A stretch of 64,000 bases of DNA from Candidatus Multivoradales bacterium (GCA_965223155.1 CBDCVR010000014.1:64001-128000); one strand, 5' to 3'. Positions 19,692 through 29,957 are shown, counted from the stretch's first letter. Notes: generated by a model from the sequence alone, not told the origin. Translations and numbers: made by a program.

Positions 19692-22600
19692 ATGTCCGGT
19701 TCCGCAGACACACCGACTTCCGGCACCATGGATCTCGCCCAAGCCCAAGCCCAAGCCCGAGCCCAAGCCCAAGCCGATGACGCTCGCGCCCGGCTCAGCG
19801 CCCAGACGGTTTTCGATCGACCGGTGGTCGTGGAAGCCGGGGCCGGCACCGGCAAGACCAGCATCCTGGTCGCCCGCGTCCTGGGCTGGACGCTGGGCGC
19901 GGGCTGGGCCGAGGCCCAAACCGATCTGACCGCCGCTCTCGCGGCGGCGCACGAGTCCGGCAATCCCGAAGGCGGCCGGCCCGAGTCCGAGGCCCGACCG
20001 GACCCCGGGGACGTGGCCGCCCGAGTGCTGGACGGAGTCGTGGCCCTCACCTTCACCGAGGCCGCGGCCGCCGAGATGGCCTCGCGCATCGCGTCCGCTC
20101 TGGCGACGCTCGCCCGCGGAGCGTCTCTGGGACCGGCGTTCGCCCCCGAAGCGCTCGCCGGCGATCCCGGCGCCGAAGTGCTGGCGGCCCGCGCGCGCGC
20201 GCTCCTGGGCCAGCTCGACCGGCTCACCGCCTGTACCATCCATGCCTTCTGCTACACCGTGCTGCGCCGGCACCCGCTCGAAGCCGGCCTCCATCCGGAC
20301 TTTGTCATCGACGCTCGGGGCGAGCGCCTGGAAGAGATCGTGCGCGGGGTGGTGGAAGACGCGGTCAAGAGCGCCTACGCCACCAGCGACCCCGCAGATC
20401 CCCTGATCCGGCTGGCGACCTCCGGCCAGACCCCGCAACGGCTCGCCGAGGCGCTCCGCTACTTCGCCTTCGAGGGCGTCCCGTCGAGGGGCCTCGAGGC
20501 CGATCCCTTCGAGCGTGACGTCATGATCGGCCTGGCCACGGATCTGCTAGACGACCTCGAGGCGTTTCTGGAGCTGACAGCCGGCGACCTGGCCGGCATC
20601 AAGCGGACCGTGAATCCCAAGCGAGCCGAGGAGGCCGCCAGCGCCAGCGCCGCCGCGGTGCGCGAAGCCCTGGACACGGTGGGCTCCGGGGCCGGCAGCG
20701 GTCTGGCGCTGGTGACCGGCCTGGCCGCCACGTTGACCTCGATCTGGGAACCCAAGGCCTGGAGCCATTGGAAGAAGTGGGCCAAGGGCTCGTTCGGCAA
20801 GGGCGAAGCGGAGACCCTGGGGGATCGGCAGGACCGCGTCGCTCGCCTTGCCGAGAAAATCCGCCGCCCAATTGCCTATCTCCGCAAGGCCTCGCCCGAG
20901 CTCTTCGACGCCGGTCGCCGCTGCTTGGAGCCGCTCTTGGCCCGCGTCGAGGCCGAGGCTCGAACCGCCGGCGTCGTGAACTTCCAGGCCCTGCTGCGCG
21001 ACGCCCAGGCGCTCCTGGCCGAGCATCCGGGCACGTTGCGCTACGAGCGCGGCCGCATCCGGCAGCTCCTGGTGGACGAGTTTCAAGACACCGACAAGCT
21101 CCAGTGCGACATCGTCCGCCGCCTGGCGCTGACCGGCGACCCGGCCGGCGAGGACGCCGGGGCCGGACAGCTCGGATTGTTTCTGGTCGGCGATCCGAAG
21201 CAGTCCATTTACGGTTGGCGCAACGCCGACCTCGCGGCCTATGAGAGCTTGGTCGAGCTGGCCGTCGAGGCCGGCGGCGAACGCTTCGCCCTGGTTCGCA
21301 ACTTCCGCTCCCGCCCAGAGATCCTGACCGAGGTGGAACGGGCGGTCGCTCCGGTCATGATGGCCGAGCCTGGCGTCCAGCCCGGTTTCGAGCCGCTGAT
21401 CGCAAGCGCGGCAGCGGACGAAGCGGAGGCCGCGGATCCCGGAAGCTCCCCGGTCGAGTTCTGGATCTCCTGGCACCCGGACCAGGGCGGCACCACCCGG
21501 CACGGTGAAGCCGCCGAGATCGAGGCGCGGGCGATCGCCGAGGACCTGGAACGGCTCCACGCCTCCGGAGTCCGCTGGAAGGACTGCGCGTTGCTGATGC
21601 GCAACGCCAGCCGGGTAGACACCTATCTGGAGGCGTTTCGCGACCGGGCCGTGCCATTCGTGGTCACCAGCGACAAGCAGTACTTCCGCCGGCGCGAGGT
21701 CATCGACGCCGCAGCTCTGATCCGCACCGTGATCGCGCCGGCCGACCACGTCGCCCTGGTGACCTTCCTCCGCTCCCCGGTGGTGGGCGTGCCGGACGCG
21801 GCCCTCATCCCGCTCTGGAGCCGCGAGCTTCCCCGCCTCCTCACCGAGCTGGACGGAACCGATCCCGAAATCAACCTCCGGCTCGACGCGATCGAGGCGG
21901 TCGTTCGGGAGGCTGCCGGTGAAGTACCGGCCGACCTGCCGGGCCTGAAGGCGCTGGCCGGCTGGGAGGAAGCCGCCGTGTTCGCGATCAGGGCGCTGGC
22001 CGAGCTGCGCCGGTCGGCCGCCGAAGAACCCGCCGACCGCTTCCTGGAGCGCCTCCGGCGAACTCTCCTCCAGGAGGCCACCGAAGCGGCCCGGTACCTG
22101 GGCCGCTACCGTGTCGCCAACCTGGCCCGCCTCTTCCGCACCGTCGAGGCGGGCCTCGAGCAACAGCGCGGCGACTACCGCTCGGTCCTGCGCTTGCTCC
22201 GGCGCAGCATCTCGATGGCGCTCGACGCCGAGGAGGCCCTGCCCCGCGAAGCCGCGGAAGACGCCGTCCAGGTCATGACCATCCACAAGGCCAAGGGACT
22301 CGAGTTCGACCACGTCTACCTGGCCCAGCTTCACGCGCAAGGGCAGTCGTCGGAGCGCTCGCCGCTCGACGCCGACCGGGGCTGGACCGGCTCCGGCCCC
22401 CTCGAGCTGGTGCTCTTCGACCAGGCCACTCTCGGCTTCGAGGCGGTCGAGCGCCACCGCGAGCGCGTCGCCGCCGCCGAGCAGGTGCGCACCCTCTACG
22501 TCGCCATGACCCGCGCCCGGAAGCGCCTGGTTCTGGTCGGCAACTGGCCGGATCCCCCCAAGCGAGGACGGAGCAAGCAGCCGACCTATGTCGATCTTCT

Positions 22601-23531
22601 GCGTTCTCGCGCCGGCCTCCCGGCCTCGCTCGCCGATCTGGGAGAAACCGCCGGAGTGCTTCGCGAAGGCGTGGTTGACGCCGAGGGAGTGCGCTGGCGC
22701 TTCCCCGGCCTGAGCGCCGGCGAGCCGGAAGCGCCTTCCCCGCCGCCGGCCCGACCTCCCCTGTCTCGCGCGGACCTGGCCGGCATCGCCAAGGCCTCGG
22801 ACGAGCTCTTGGAGCGGCGGCGGCGGGCGCGCCGTCACCGAGATCGACCGCTTTTTTCGGGCGCGGCCGTAGGGCACGACTTGGAAAACCCGGAAACGCC
22901 GCCGGACTCCGGGCCGGCTGGGCCCCGGGAAGGTCCGGCCCAGCCCGACGCCCACGGGGTCGATCGAACGATCGCGCTCGCCCTCGGCGAAACTATCCAC
23001 GCCGCCCTCCAGGCGTGGGACTTCTACCGTCCCATCGAGTCCGAGCGCCGGCGCCACCTCCGGCGGGGCCACGCCGCCCTCGCAACCAAGGGGCTGGGGC
23101 CGCGGCTCGACCGGGCCCGCGAGCTTTACGACGAGATGCTCGGGCGCCTGGCCTCCGGGAGCCTGCTCGAGCGCCTGGTCGAGTCCCCGGACCAGGTCGT
23201 GGCCCGCGAGTGTCCGGTGCTGCTGCCGGCCGGCGCCGGCGAGCCGGCGGGCCCGATCGTGGCCGTGAGCGGCATCGTGGACTTGGTGCTGCGCGGCAGC
23301 GACGGCCGCTACACCGTGGTCGACTTCAAGACCGACCGGCTCGAAGACGGTGACGAGCTCGAGCGCCGCGCCGCCGTCTACGCCGGGCAGCTCGACACCT
23401 ACGCCACCGCGCTCGCCCAGGCCCTGGACCTGGAGGACCCGCCCGGGCAGGAGCTTTGGTTTCTCTGGCCCGACCGCTCCTGGACGCCGGCGGGGCCGGC
23501 CGGCGCCCGGCAGTCTGACCCCCGAGCCTGA
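19692..23531 (+). CDS. AddA-like UvrD helicase-nuclease
   Basis: EAGAGTGKT, LTFTEAAA, LVDEFQD, VGDPKQSIY, NFRS, TIHKAKGLEF, LYVAMTRA, GIVDL..VDFKT..QL..Y. Confidence 0.92.
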   Translation: MSGSADTPTSGTMDLAQAQAQARAQAQADDARARLSAQTVFDRPVVVEAGAGTGKTSILVARVLGWTLGAGWAEAQTDLTAALAAAHESGNPEGGRPESEARPDPGDVAARVLDGVVALTFTEAAAAEMASRIASALATLARGASLGPAFAPEALAGDPGAEVLAARARALLGQLDRLTACTIHAFCYTVLRRHPLEAGLHPDFVIDARGERLEEIVRGVVEDAVKSAYATSDPADPLIRLATSGQTPQRLAEALRYFAFEGVPSRGLEADPFERDVMIGLATDLLDDLEAFLELTAGDLAGIKRTVNPKRAEEAASASAAAVREALDTVGSGAGSGLALVTGLAATLTSIWEPKAWSHWKKWAKGSFGKGEAETLGDRQDRVARLAEKIRRPIAYLRKASPELFDAGRRCLEPLLARVEAEARTAGVVNFQALLRDAQALLAEHPGTLRYERGRIRQLLVDEFQDTDKLQCDIVRRLALTGDPAGEDAGAGQLGLFLVGDPKQSIYGWRNADLAAYESLVELAVEAGGERFALVRNFRSRPEILTEVERAVAPVMMAEPGVQPGFEPLIASAAADEAEAADPGSSPVEFWISWHPDQGGTTRHGEAAEIEARAIAEDLERLHASGVRWKDCALLMRNASRVDTYLEAFRDRAVPFVVTSDKQYFRRREVIDAAALIRTVIAPADHVALVTFLRSPVVGVPDAALIPLWSRELPRLLTELDGTDPEINLRLDAIEAVVREAAGEVPADLPGLKALAGWEEAAVFAIRALAELRRSAAEEPADRFLERLRRTLLQEATEAARYLGRYRVANLARLFRTVEAGLEQQRGDYRSVLRLLRRSISMALDAEEALPREAAEDAVQVMTIHKAKGLEFDHVYLAQLHAQGQSSERSPLDADRGWTGSGPLELVLFDQATLGFEAVERHRERVAAAEQVRTLYVAMTRARKRLVLVGNWPDPPKRGRSKQPTYVDLLRSRAGLPASLADLGETAGVLREGVVDAEGVRWRFPGLSAGEPEAPSPPPARPPLSRADLAGIAKASDELLERRRRARRHRDRPLFSGAAVGHDLENPETPPDSGPAGPREGPAQPDAHGVDRTIALALGETIHAALQAWDFYRPIESERRRHLRRGHAALATKGLGPRLDRARELYDEMLGRLASGSLLERLVESPDQVVARECPVLLPAGAGEPAGPIVAVSGIVDLVLRGSDGRYTVVDFKTDRLEDGDELERRAAVYAGQLDTYATALAQALDLEDPPGQELWFLWPDRSWTPAGPAGARQSDPRA
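19737..19775. repeat. (GCCCAA)n hexamer repeat in CDS
   Basis: About 6 units encoding AQAQAQARAQAQA. Confidence 0.8.
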
Positions 23532-23649
23532 CGGTTCGCGGCCGGCCACGGATCGAGCAGAGATCGGCCAGAACCCGCCGGGAAGCAAGCGACGCGGCCT
23601 TCGCCGCCAAGAGTTCCGGAATGGAACCTCAGCGAGGTAAGCTCTCGCG

Positions 23650-24462
23650 ATGCCCATTCACGCTGTCTCGTCGAAGCTCCGCCGCCGGATTCTGACTCCG
23701 TTCTTGGCCACCGCGCTGGTGGCGATCTGCGCAACGCCGGCGGCCGACGCCTCCGATCACTCCTGGCTCAATTTCGAGGCGCGCCAGTGGAGCGCCGAGC
23801 CCAGCGGCACGCTCGGCTTCGACGCCGCCTTTCTGAGCCAGACGGTGGATCTGACTGGAGATCTGGGCTTCGAGGAGGACGAGGCGCTCGAAGGCCGGCT
23901 GCTCTTCCGGCCCTCGCGCCGCACCCTGATCCGGGTCGGCTACCTGCCCGAGCTGGCGCTGTCGGGGGATTCGGTGTTCGAGCGCTCGTTTCAATTCTTG
24001 AACCAGACGTTCACCGTTTCGGAACGGGCGGTGTCGAGCCTCGAGATCGAGTACGGCCGCCTCGGCTTCGGATGGCAGTTGCTCTCTCTGGCCGAGGGCC
24101 GGCTCCGGTTCGGCCCCTTCATCGAAGCCAAGGGCTTTCGCGGCACCGCCGCTCTCGCCTTCCCGGAGGCCGAGCCGGCGGTGACTCGAAGCGACGAGTT
24201 CGAGACCGGCTTCGCCACGGCCGGAGTCATCGCCAACTGGGACCTCACCGACCGCCTGGAGCTTTTTGGCGAGACCACCCTCTTCGTCGAGGTCGACGAC
24301 GGCGATCTGACCGACACCGAGTACGGCCTGCGCTACCGCCCCCTGGACTACCTGGGCCTGGTCGTCGGCGTGCGGACCCTGGAGGTCGAGATCGCCGAGA
24401 ACGGGCAATCCCTGGTGCTGGAGCTGGACGGCATGTTCTTCGGCCTCAGCTTCCATCTCTAG
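23650..24462 (+). CDS. Outer-membrane beta-barrel protein
   Basis: Signal peptide, alternating amphipathic strands, C-terminal GMFFGLSFHL. Confidence 0.75.
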   Translation: MPIHAVSSKLRRRILTPFLATALVAICATPAADASDHSWLNFEARQWSAEPSGTLGFDAAFLSQTVDLTGDLGFEEDEALEGRLLFRPSRRTLIRVGYLPELALSGDSVFERSFQFLNQTFTVSERAVSSLEIEYGRLGFGWQLLSLAEGRLRFGPFIEAKGFRGTAALAFPEAEPAVTRSDEFETGFATAGVIANWDLTDRLELFGETTLFVEVDDGDLTDTEYGLRYRPLDYLGLVVGVRTLEVEIAENGQSLVLELDGMFFGLSFHL

Positions 24463-24468
24463 CAGGCC

Positions 24469-25626
24469 GTGGCGCCCGGCGCACCGCTCCCGGAGTCGAG
24501 CGAGCCACCGGCCCGACGGCTCGCCGATCTGCCGACGCCGGCCCTGGTACTGGACCTCGACCGCCTGGAGCGAAACATCGAGGCGATGGCCGCGAAATGC
24601 CGCCGGCTGGGCGTCGACCTGCGCCCGCACGTCAAGACCCACAAGTGTCCGCCCATCGCGGCGCTCCAGACCGCGGCCGGAGCCCGTGGAATCACCGTCG
24701 CCACGCTTCAGGAGGCCCGCATCTTCGCCGACGCCGGCTTCGAGGACATCACCTGGGCCTTCCCGGTGATCCTGTCCCGGCTGGACGAAGTCCGCGAGCT
24801 GGCAAGCGAAGTTCGACTCGGCCTGGTCGCCGACTCGCCAACCGCCATCGACGCCCTCGAAGCCCTGGACTCGCCCCTCAGCGTCTACCTCAAAGTGGAC
24901 TGCGGCTACCACCGCGCGGGAGTCGATCCGGGTGAGGACTCGGCGGTGGCGCTGGCCCGGCGCCTGGCCTCTTCGGCTCGTTTGGAGTTCGCCGGCATCC
25001 TCAGTCACGCCGGCCACTCCTACGCGGCGCCCGGGGTCGAGCGCCTGGCCGCCGTGGCCGAAGGAGAGCGCGCGGTCATGGCCGGCTTCGCGGAGCGCCT
25101 GCGCGGGGATGGCGTCGAGGTTCCGGTGGTCTCGGTCGGCTCGACGCCGGGCATGTCGGCGGTCCGTGATCTCACCGGCATCGACGAGGTCAGGCCCGGA
25201 AACTACGTCTTCTTCGACGGGATCCAGGTGGAGCTGGGCTCTTGCCGGGTCGAGGAATGCGCATTGACCGTTCTGACTTCGGTCGTATCCCGGAGCTCGG
25301 GGCACGCGATCGTGGATGCCGGCGCGCTGGCGCTATCCAAGGACGCCGGTCTGGATCGCCCGGGAGCGGCCCCGAGGTACGGCACCGCCTTCGCCGACTA
25401 TGACCGTGGCCGGCTCGATCCGGAGCTCCACTTGACCGGCCTCTCCCAGGAGCATGGCAGGCTGTCCGTGCCCCGGCCCGTGGGCGAGACGATCCGGATC
25501 CTGCCCCGGCACTCCTGCCTCACCGCGGCTCAGTTCGACACCTACGTCCTGGCTCGGGGTGACAAGGTCGTCGGCCTCTGGCCGGTCGAGCGGCAGCGCG
25601 ATCCGCGTCCGCCAGCCGCGTCCTGA
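24469..25626 (+). CDS. Fold-type III PLP enzyme (D-threonine aldolase / D-serine dehydratase family)
   Basis: LPTPAL, LRPHVKTHK, GSTP, EVRPGNYVF, SQEHG, PRHSC. Confidence 0.9.
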   Translation: MAPGAPLPESSEPPARRLADLPTPALVLDLDRLERNIEAMAAKCRRLGVDLRPHVKTHKCPPIAALQTAAGARGITVATLQEARIFADAGFEDITWAFPVILSRLDEVRELASEVRLGLVADSPTAIDALEALDSPLSVYLKVDCGYHRAGVDPGEDSAVALARRLASSARLEFAGILSHAGHSYAAPGVERLAAVAEGERAVMAGFAERLRGDGVEVPVVSVGSTPGMSAVRDLTGIDEVRPGNYVFFDGIQVELGSCRVEECALTVLTSVVSRSSGHAIVDAGALALSKDAGLDRPGAAPRYGTAFADYDRGRLDPELHLTGLSQEHGRLSVPRPVGETIRILPRHSCLTAAQFDTYVLARGDKVVGLWPVERQRDPRPPAAS

Positions 25627-25643
25627 GCGCGCCGCGGCCCGGC

Positions 25644-27005
25644 TCAGTCGATGTAGCCGAGCGCCTTCAGCGCCTCGACGTCGTCCTCGGTCAGAGTCGG
25701 CGGCGGCAGCTCGTCGGCCGCGGCCAGCCCCTTCTTCACTTCTGAGAGCCAGGTCAAGAGCTCGGGCGAGGCCATCTTGGAGAGCGGGCTCAAGTTCTTG
25801 GTCTCGCCCGGATCCGCGGAGAGATCGAACTCCCGGCGCCGGCCGTTCACGACCCGAAGCACCTCCTTGCGGTCTTCGAAGACCCTGCCCACCTCCAGCA
25901 GGCCGCGCTCGCGCAGACCTTCGATGTCTTCCTTGGGCTCGACCGAAGCTCGATGGGCCTGGTGCCAGGTCACCCGGTCGGCTGCCGGCTGGGTCTCGCC
26001 ACGCAGCACCGGGCTCCAGTCGACGCCGCGGAAGTGCCCGGGCACCGGCAGGCCGGCCAGCCCCAGCACGGTCGGGCCAATGTCCAGAATCGAAGCGGGC
26101 TCATCGATACGGCTGGGTCCAAGCCCGCCGGGCCAGACGAAGGCCATCGGCACCCGCAGGGTCACGTCGTAGATGTGGCGCCCGTGCCCCCAGTAGCCAT
26201 GCTCGCCCAGGCTCTCGCCGTGGTCGGCGACGAACACCACCAGCGTGTCGTCCAGATCGACCCGCTCGCCCACCCCCTCCAGAAACTCGGCGATGCGCTC
26301 GTCCACGTAGGCGATTTCGCTGGCGTAGCGCTTACGGGCCGAGAAGAACGTGCCCCCGGCCTTGATCCCCAACTGCGGCAAGTACTCCTTGCGCAGGCGG
26401 TACGGCGCGTGCGGCTCGACGTAGTGCACCCAGAGCAGAAAGGGCCGATCGGCGCCGTCCTCGACGTGGCCGTCCAGCCAGTCCAGGGCCGCCGAGCTCA
26501 GATCGCCTGCCGTCGATTCGCTCTTGGCCAGACCGAACCAGCGCTTGCGGTCGAGCAACGCCTCATAGGCCGAGAAGTGCTCGTCCAGGCCCGAAAGCTC
26601 GGGCTTCAACGTCCAGTTGCCGACGAAACCGGCGGTGGCGTAACCGCGCCGCTCCAAGATGCTGGCGAAGGAAACCAGATTGGGGCGCATGCGCAAGCCG
26701 TTCCGGGACGAGCCGTGCTCGTGCGGGTAGAGCGAGGTCATGACCGAGCACATGGCGGGCGCGGTCAACGGCGCCGGCGTGCGGGCGGCGGTGAAATAGC
26801 CGCCGGTCTGGAGTAGCCGATCCAGATGCGGGCTGGTCTCGCGCTCGTAGCCATAGAGCGACATGAAATCGGTGCGCAGGGTATCGACCGAGATCAAGAC
26901 GACGCTGGGCGATCCGGCAGCGGCGACCGAGCCTGTACCCAAGACGGCGCCGAGGGCCAGCATCCAGGCCACAAGTCGCAGGTGGGCTCCGACGGGCGTC
27001 CGCAT
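25644..27005 (-). CDS. Sulfatase-like hydrolase (alkaline phosphatase superfamily), secreted
   Basis: LISVDTLR, HYVEPHAPY, ADHGE, WGHG, C-terminal LKALGYI; Thr at the usual FGly position. Confidence 0.85.
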   Translation of the reverse strand: MRTPVGAHLRLVAWMLALGAVLGTGSVAAAGSPSVVLISVDTLRTDFMSLYGYERETSPHLDRLLQTGGYFTAARTPAPLTAPAMCSVMTSLYPHEHGSSRNGLRMRPNLVSFASILERRGYATAGFVGNWTLKPELSGLDEHFSAYEALLDRKRWFGLAKSESTAGDLSSAALDWLDGHVEDGADRPFLLWVHYVEPHAPYRLRKEYLPQLGIKAGGTFFSARKRYASEIAYVDERIAEFLEGVGERVDLDDTLVVFVADHGESLGEHGYWGHGRHIYDVTLRVPMAFVWPGGLGPSRIDEPASILDIGPTVLGLAGLPVPGHFRGVDWSPVLRGETQPAADRVTWHQAHRASVEPKEDIEGLRERGLLEVGRVFEDRKEVLRVVNGRRREFDLSADPGETKNLSPLSKMASPELLTWLSEVKKGLAAADELPPPTLTEDDVEALKALGYID

Positions 27006-27112
27006 CGCGCGCGGAATCTACCAAAATTCGGGTTGGAGCCAAGATCCCACAGGGTAAAGGCGAGTTCCCTCCCCGACACGCCCTGGTGACCGCTTCTATA
27101 GAGAGTGGCCTG

Positions 27113-27391
27113 CTAGCCCGTCTTGGAACTACCCCCTAGCCTACGGCCCAAGCCACTTTCCAAGTCTTCGAACAGGGACTTCAACGCAAGGGCGACTTCG
27201 CCGCTTCCTTTGTAGTCGATGTCGAAGACTGCCGGACAGTGAGGCGTCCTGCATTCAATCGACGGGCTTGCCGAAAGTTCGACTAGGGTAGTCCAGATCC
27301 TGACGCCGCACCTCGGGCACTCGATGTCAAAGCCCAGATCCGGCCCACGCTTGTCAAGTCGGAGGATTTGGTTCCTGGGAGAAGCTTGCAT
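27113..27391 (-). CDS. Small zinc-ribbon-like hypothetical protein, low GC
   Basis: AAAGGA RBS 6 nt before ATG 27391; CPRC..CRTPHC. Confidence 0.55.
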   Translation of the reverse strand: MQASPRNQILRLDKRGPDLGFDIECPRCGVRIWTTLVELSASPSIECRTPHCPAVFDIDYKGSGEVALALKSLFEDLESGLGRRLGGSSKTG

Positions 27392-27548
27392 TTCCATTCC
27401 TTTCTGCACGTCAAACGTGCCATTTACGGGCTCCCCCCCTGTGAGACAAGCAATATCAGCCGCCTGGAGGAAACGCAAATCGAAGCTCTTGCTTTCATTA
27501 CACAACGATTCGTCTAGCCGGCCCGACCTCGGCTAGGCTCTGGCCCCA

Positions 27549-28649
27549 ATGTCCGATCAACCGTCCGATCCAGTGTCCGAGCGGCATCCGGATCAGCCCG
27601 CCGCTTCCCGGTCCACAGGTAGACGGTCGCGCTGGCTTCGGCGGGCCGTCCAGATCATGATCGCGGCGGTGGCACTGGGCCTGGCCTGGAGGCTCTTCGG
27701 CTCGCTGTCACTCGAAGAGCTCGCCGAGCGGATCGGCAACGCCCAGCCGTCGCTTCTGGCGCTGGGGGCGGCCGCCCTGATCGGACGCTGGGCCGCCTGG
27801 CAGTCCCGTTGGGGCGTCAACCTGACCGCGGCCGGGCACCGGGTGCCGACCCTGGAGCGGGGCGCCGCGTTGCTGGCGGCCGTGTTTGTCAACCACGTGG
27901 CTCTGCGCTTCTTCGGCATCGTCTTCCGGGCCCGCTATCTGGCGGCTCGCACCGGCCGGGCCTTCGCCACCCACCTGGCCGTCGTCCTGGTCGATCAGGC
28001 CACGCACCACGGCGCCACCGGCATCTACACGCTCCTGTGCGGCAGCTACGTCGCCTTCCGGCTGGGCTGGCGCCTGATCGGATTCGGCCTGCTGGCTCTC
28101 CTGATTCTGGCCCTCGTGGCGTTGCCCCTGATCTTGAGCCAGCATCACCGAGCCCGCGCCCTTGCCGGATGGCTCGCTCAGCGGGCCGAGCGCAAGCAGC
28201 ACGGTGCCGGTGTCCTGGAAGGCAGCGCCGAGCTGCCCCGTCTCTTCGGCGATCTCCTGGCTCAACCGCGCCGGGTCGCTCGCTGCTTCGGGCTGACCTT
28301 CCTTCTCATCGGTGCCAACGTTTTCGGCCAGTGGTTGCTGTTTCGGGCACTGGGGATCGAGTTGCCCCTGGTGCTGGTCGCCGCGGTCACCGGTCTCGGA
28401 ACCCTGGCCGGGACCATCAGCGGCTTGCCCGGCGGCCTGGGGCCGATGGAAGTCGCTCTGGTCAGCGGCTACGAGCTTCTTGGAGTCGGTCGCGCCGACG
28501 CGCTCGCCGGCGTTCTCCTGTTTCGCGGGCTCCACTACCTGCTGGTTCTGGCCCTGGGCCTGCCTGCGTTTCTGGCCCTGGAGCTGGGCGGCAACGGGCG
28601 AACGCGCGACTCAGAGGGCCAGTCCCGAGCGCTCGACGACCAGCCCTAG
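27549..28649 (+). CDS. Lysylphosphatidylglycerol synthase TM-domain (UPF0104 flippase-like) protein
   Basis: RW motif, LPGGLGPMEV, GVLLFRG, about 8 TM. Confidence 0.85.
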   Translation: MSDQPSDPVSERHPDQPAASRSTGRRSRWLRRAVQIMIAAVALGLAWRLFGSLSLEELAERIGNAQPSLLALGAAALIGRWAAWQSRWGVNLTAAGHRVPTLERGAALLAAVFVNHVALRFFGIVFRARYLAARTGRAFATHLAVVLVDQATHHGATGIYTLLCGSYVAFRLGWRLIGFGLLALLILALVALPLILSQHHRARALAGWLAQRAERKQHGAGVLEGSAELPRLFGDLLAQPRRVARCFGLTFLLIGANVFGQWLLFRALGIELPLVLVAAVTGLGTLAGTISGLPGGLGPMEVALVSGYELLGVGRADALAGVLLFRGLHYLLVLALGLPAFLALELGGNGRTRDSEGQSRALDDQP

Positions 28650-29957
28650 GCTGGCCGCGGCCCGGCGGCGGATCTCCGCCAGATCCTGGCCGACCAGAGC
28701 GCCGCCCAGGACTCTGGCCTCGCCGCCGACGTAGACGTCGCGCACGGCGGCGCGGGTGGCGCTGAAGGTCACCAGATCATGCGGATCGACGGTCTCGTGC
28801 GCCACTAGCTCGGGGCCGGAGGCCTCCAGGACGACCAGATCGGCCGCCTTGCCGACTTCGATCGAACCGATCTGGTCCGACCACCCAATGGCCCGCGCCC
28901 CGTCGCTGGTCGCCAGGCGCAAGGCGGTTGCACCGTCGAGCGAGCCCGGTCCACGCTCCAAGCTCTGAAGCAGGGCCGCCAGGCGGATCTCTTCGAGGCC
29001 GTCCAGATCGTTGTTGCAGGGGGCGCCGTCGGCGCCAATCCCCACCGGGATACCCTCGGCGACGAGATCCACGACCGGCGCGATGCCTGAGCCCAGCTTC
29101 AAGTTCGAGCTCGGACAGTGGACGACCCCAAAAGGCGCGTCCGCGACCCGGCCGCGATGTTCCGCGGTCAGCCAGACACCGTGCGCGATCGAAAGCTCGC
29201 GATCCAAGAGACCGTGCTCGGCAAAGTAGACGATCTCGTCGCAGCCCTTGCTGGCCTGGACCGCGGCGCCCTCCTCCCGCTGCTCCAAGGCATGGGTGTG
29301 AACCGCCCAGCGGCGGGCCTCGGCCAGCTCGCGAATCCCGTCCCAAAGCGCGTCCGAGCAACTCAAGATGAACCTCGGGTTGAGCGCGTAGCACAGTCGT
29401 CCGGGGTCGCGTCGCTCGAAGTCTTCTCCCAGAGCCAGCGTCCGGTCGAGCACGGCATCTGTGGTCCCGGCCAGCCCCTCAGGCATGCCCTCGCCGCCGT
29501 CCATCAGGCACATGCCGGCGCGAGCGCGCAGGCCCGAATCGGCGATGCCGGCCAGAAGGCCCTCGGCCCCCGGCCCTAGACCGATGTCTTGAACCGTCGT
29601 GGTGCCGCCTAGCAGGCACTCCGCCGCTCCCAGCCGGGCGCTCCAGTAGGCGCTCTCATCATCGTGGGCGGCTTCGAGCGGCCAGATCCGCTCTCGCAAC
29701 CAGGCCAGGAGCCGGCGCCCCTCGCCCAGGCCCCGAAACAGCGTCTGCCCCAGATGCACGTGCCCCTGAATGAGACCCGGCAGCACGATGCAGCCAGCGC
29801 AGTCGGCAACCGTTGCGCCCTCGGCAAGGGCCGGGTCGCTCCCGATCGCGGCCAAGCGGCCGTCCTCGATCCGCACCGACGCCGACTCGAAGACCGTGGC
29901 CTCGGGGTCCAGAGTCAGGACCCGGGCGCCCATCAAGACCAAAGGATCGGAGCTCAC
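28611..29957 (-). CDS. Amidohydrolase, nucleoside deaminase-like (MtaD/DadD group)
   Basis: GHVHL, HTHALE, AHGVWL, HCPSSNLKLGSG, GADGAPCNN. Confidence 0.88.
   Translation of the reverse strand: MSSDPLVLMGARVLTLDPEATVFESASVRIEDGRLAAIGSDPALAEGATVADCAGCIVLPGLIQGHVHLGQTLFRGLGEGRRLLAWLRERIWPLEAAHDDESAYWSARLGAAECLLGGTTTVQDIGLGPGAEGLLAGIADSGLRARAGMCLMDGGEGMPEGLAGTTDAVLDRTLALGEDFERRDPGRLCYALNPRFILSCSDALWDGIRELAEARRWAVHTHALEQREEGAAVQASKGCDEIVYFAEHGLLDRELSIAHGVWLTAEHRGRVADAPFGVVHCPSSNLKLGSGIAPVVDLVAEGIPVGIGADGAPCNNDLDGLEEIRLAALLQSLERGPGSLDGATALRLATSDGARAIGWSDQIGSIEVGKAADLVVLEASGPELVAHETVDPHDLVTFSATRAAVRDVYVGGEARVLGGALVGQDLAEIRRRAAASLGLVVERSGLAL

Noticed and set aside
20547-23657. 1036-aa minus-strand ORF and other long antisense ORFs (16106..18091, 37505..39415, 47867..49873, 59060..61372)
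   Set aside because: Shadow frames typical of high-GC coding DNA, with no motifs
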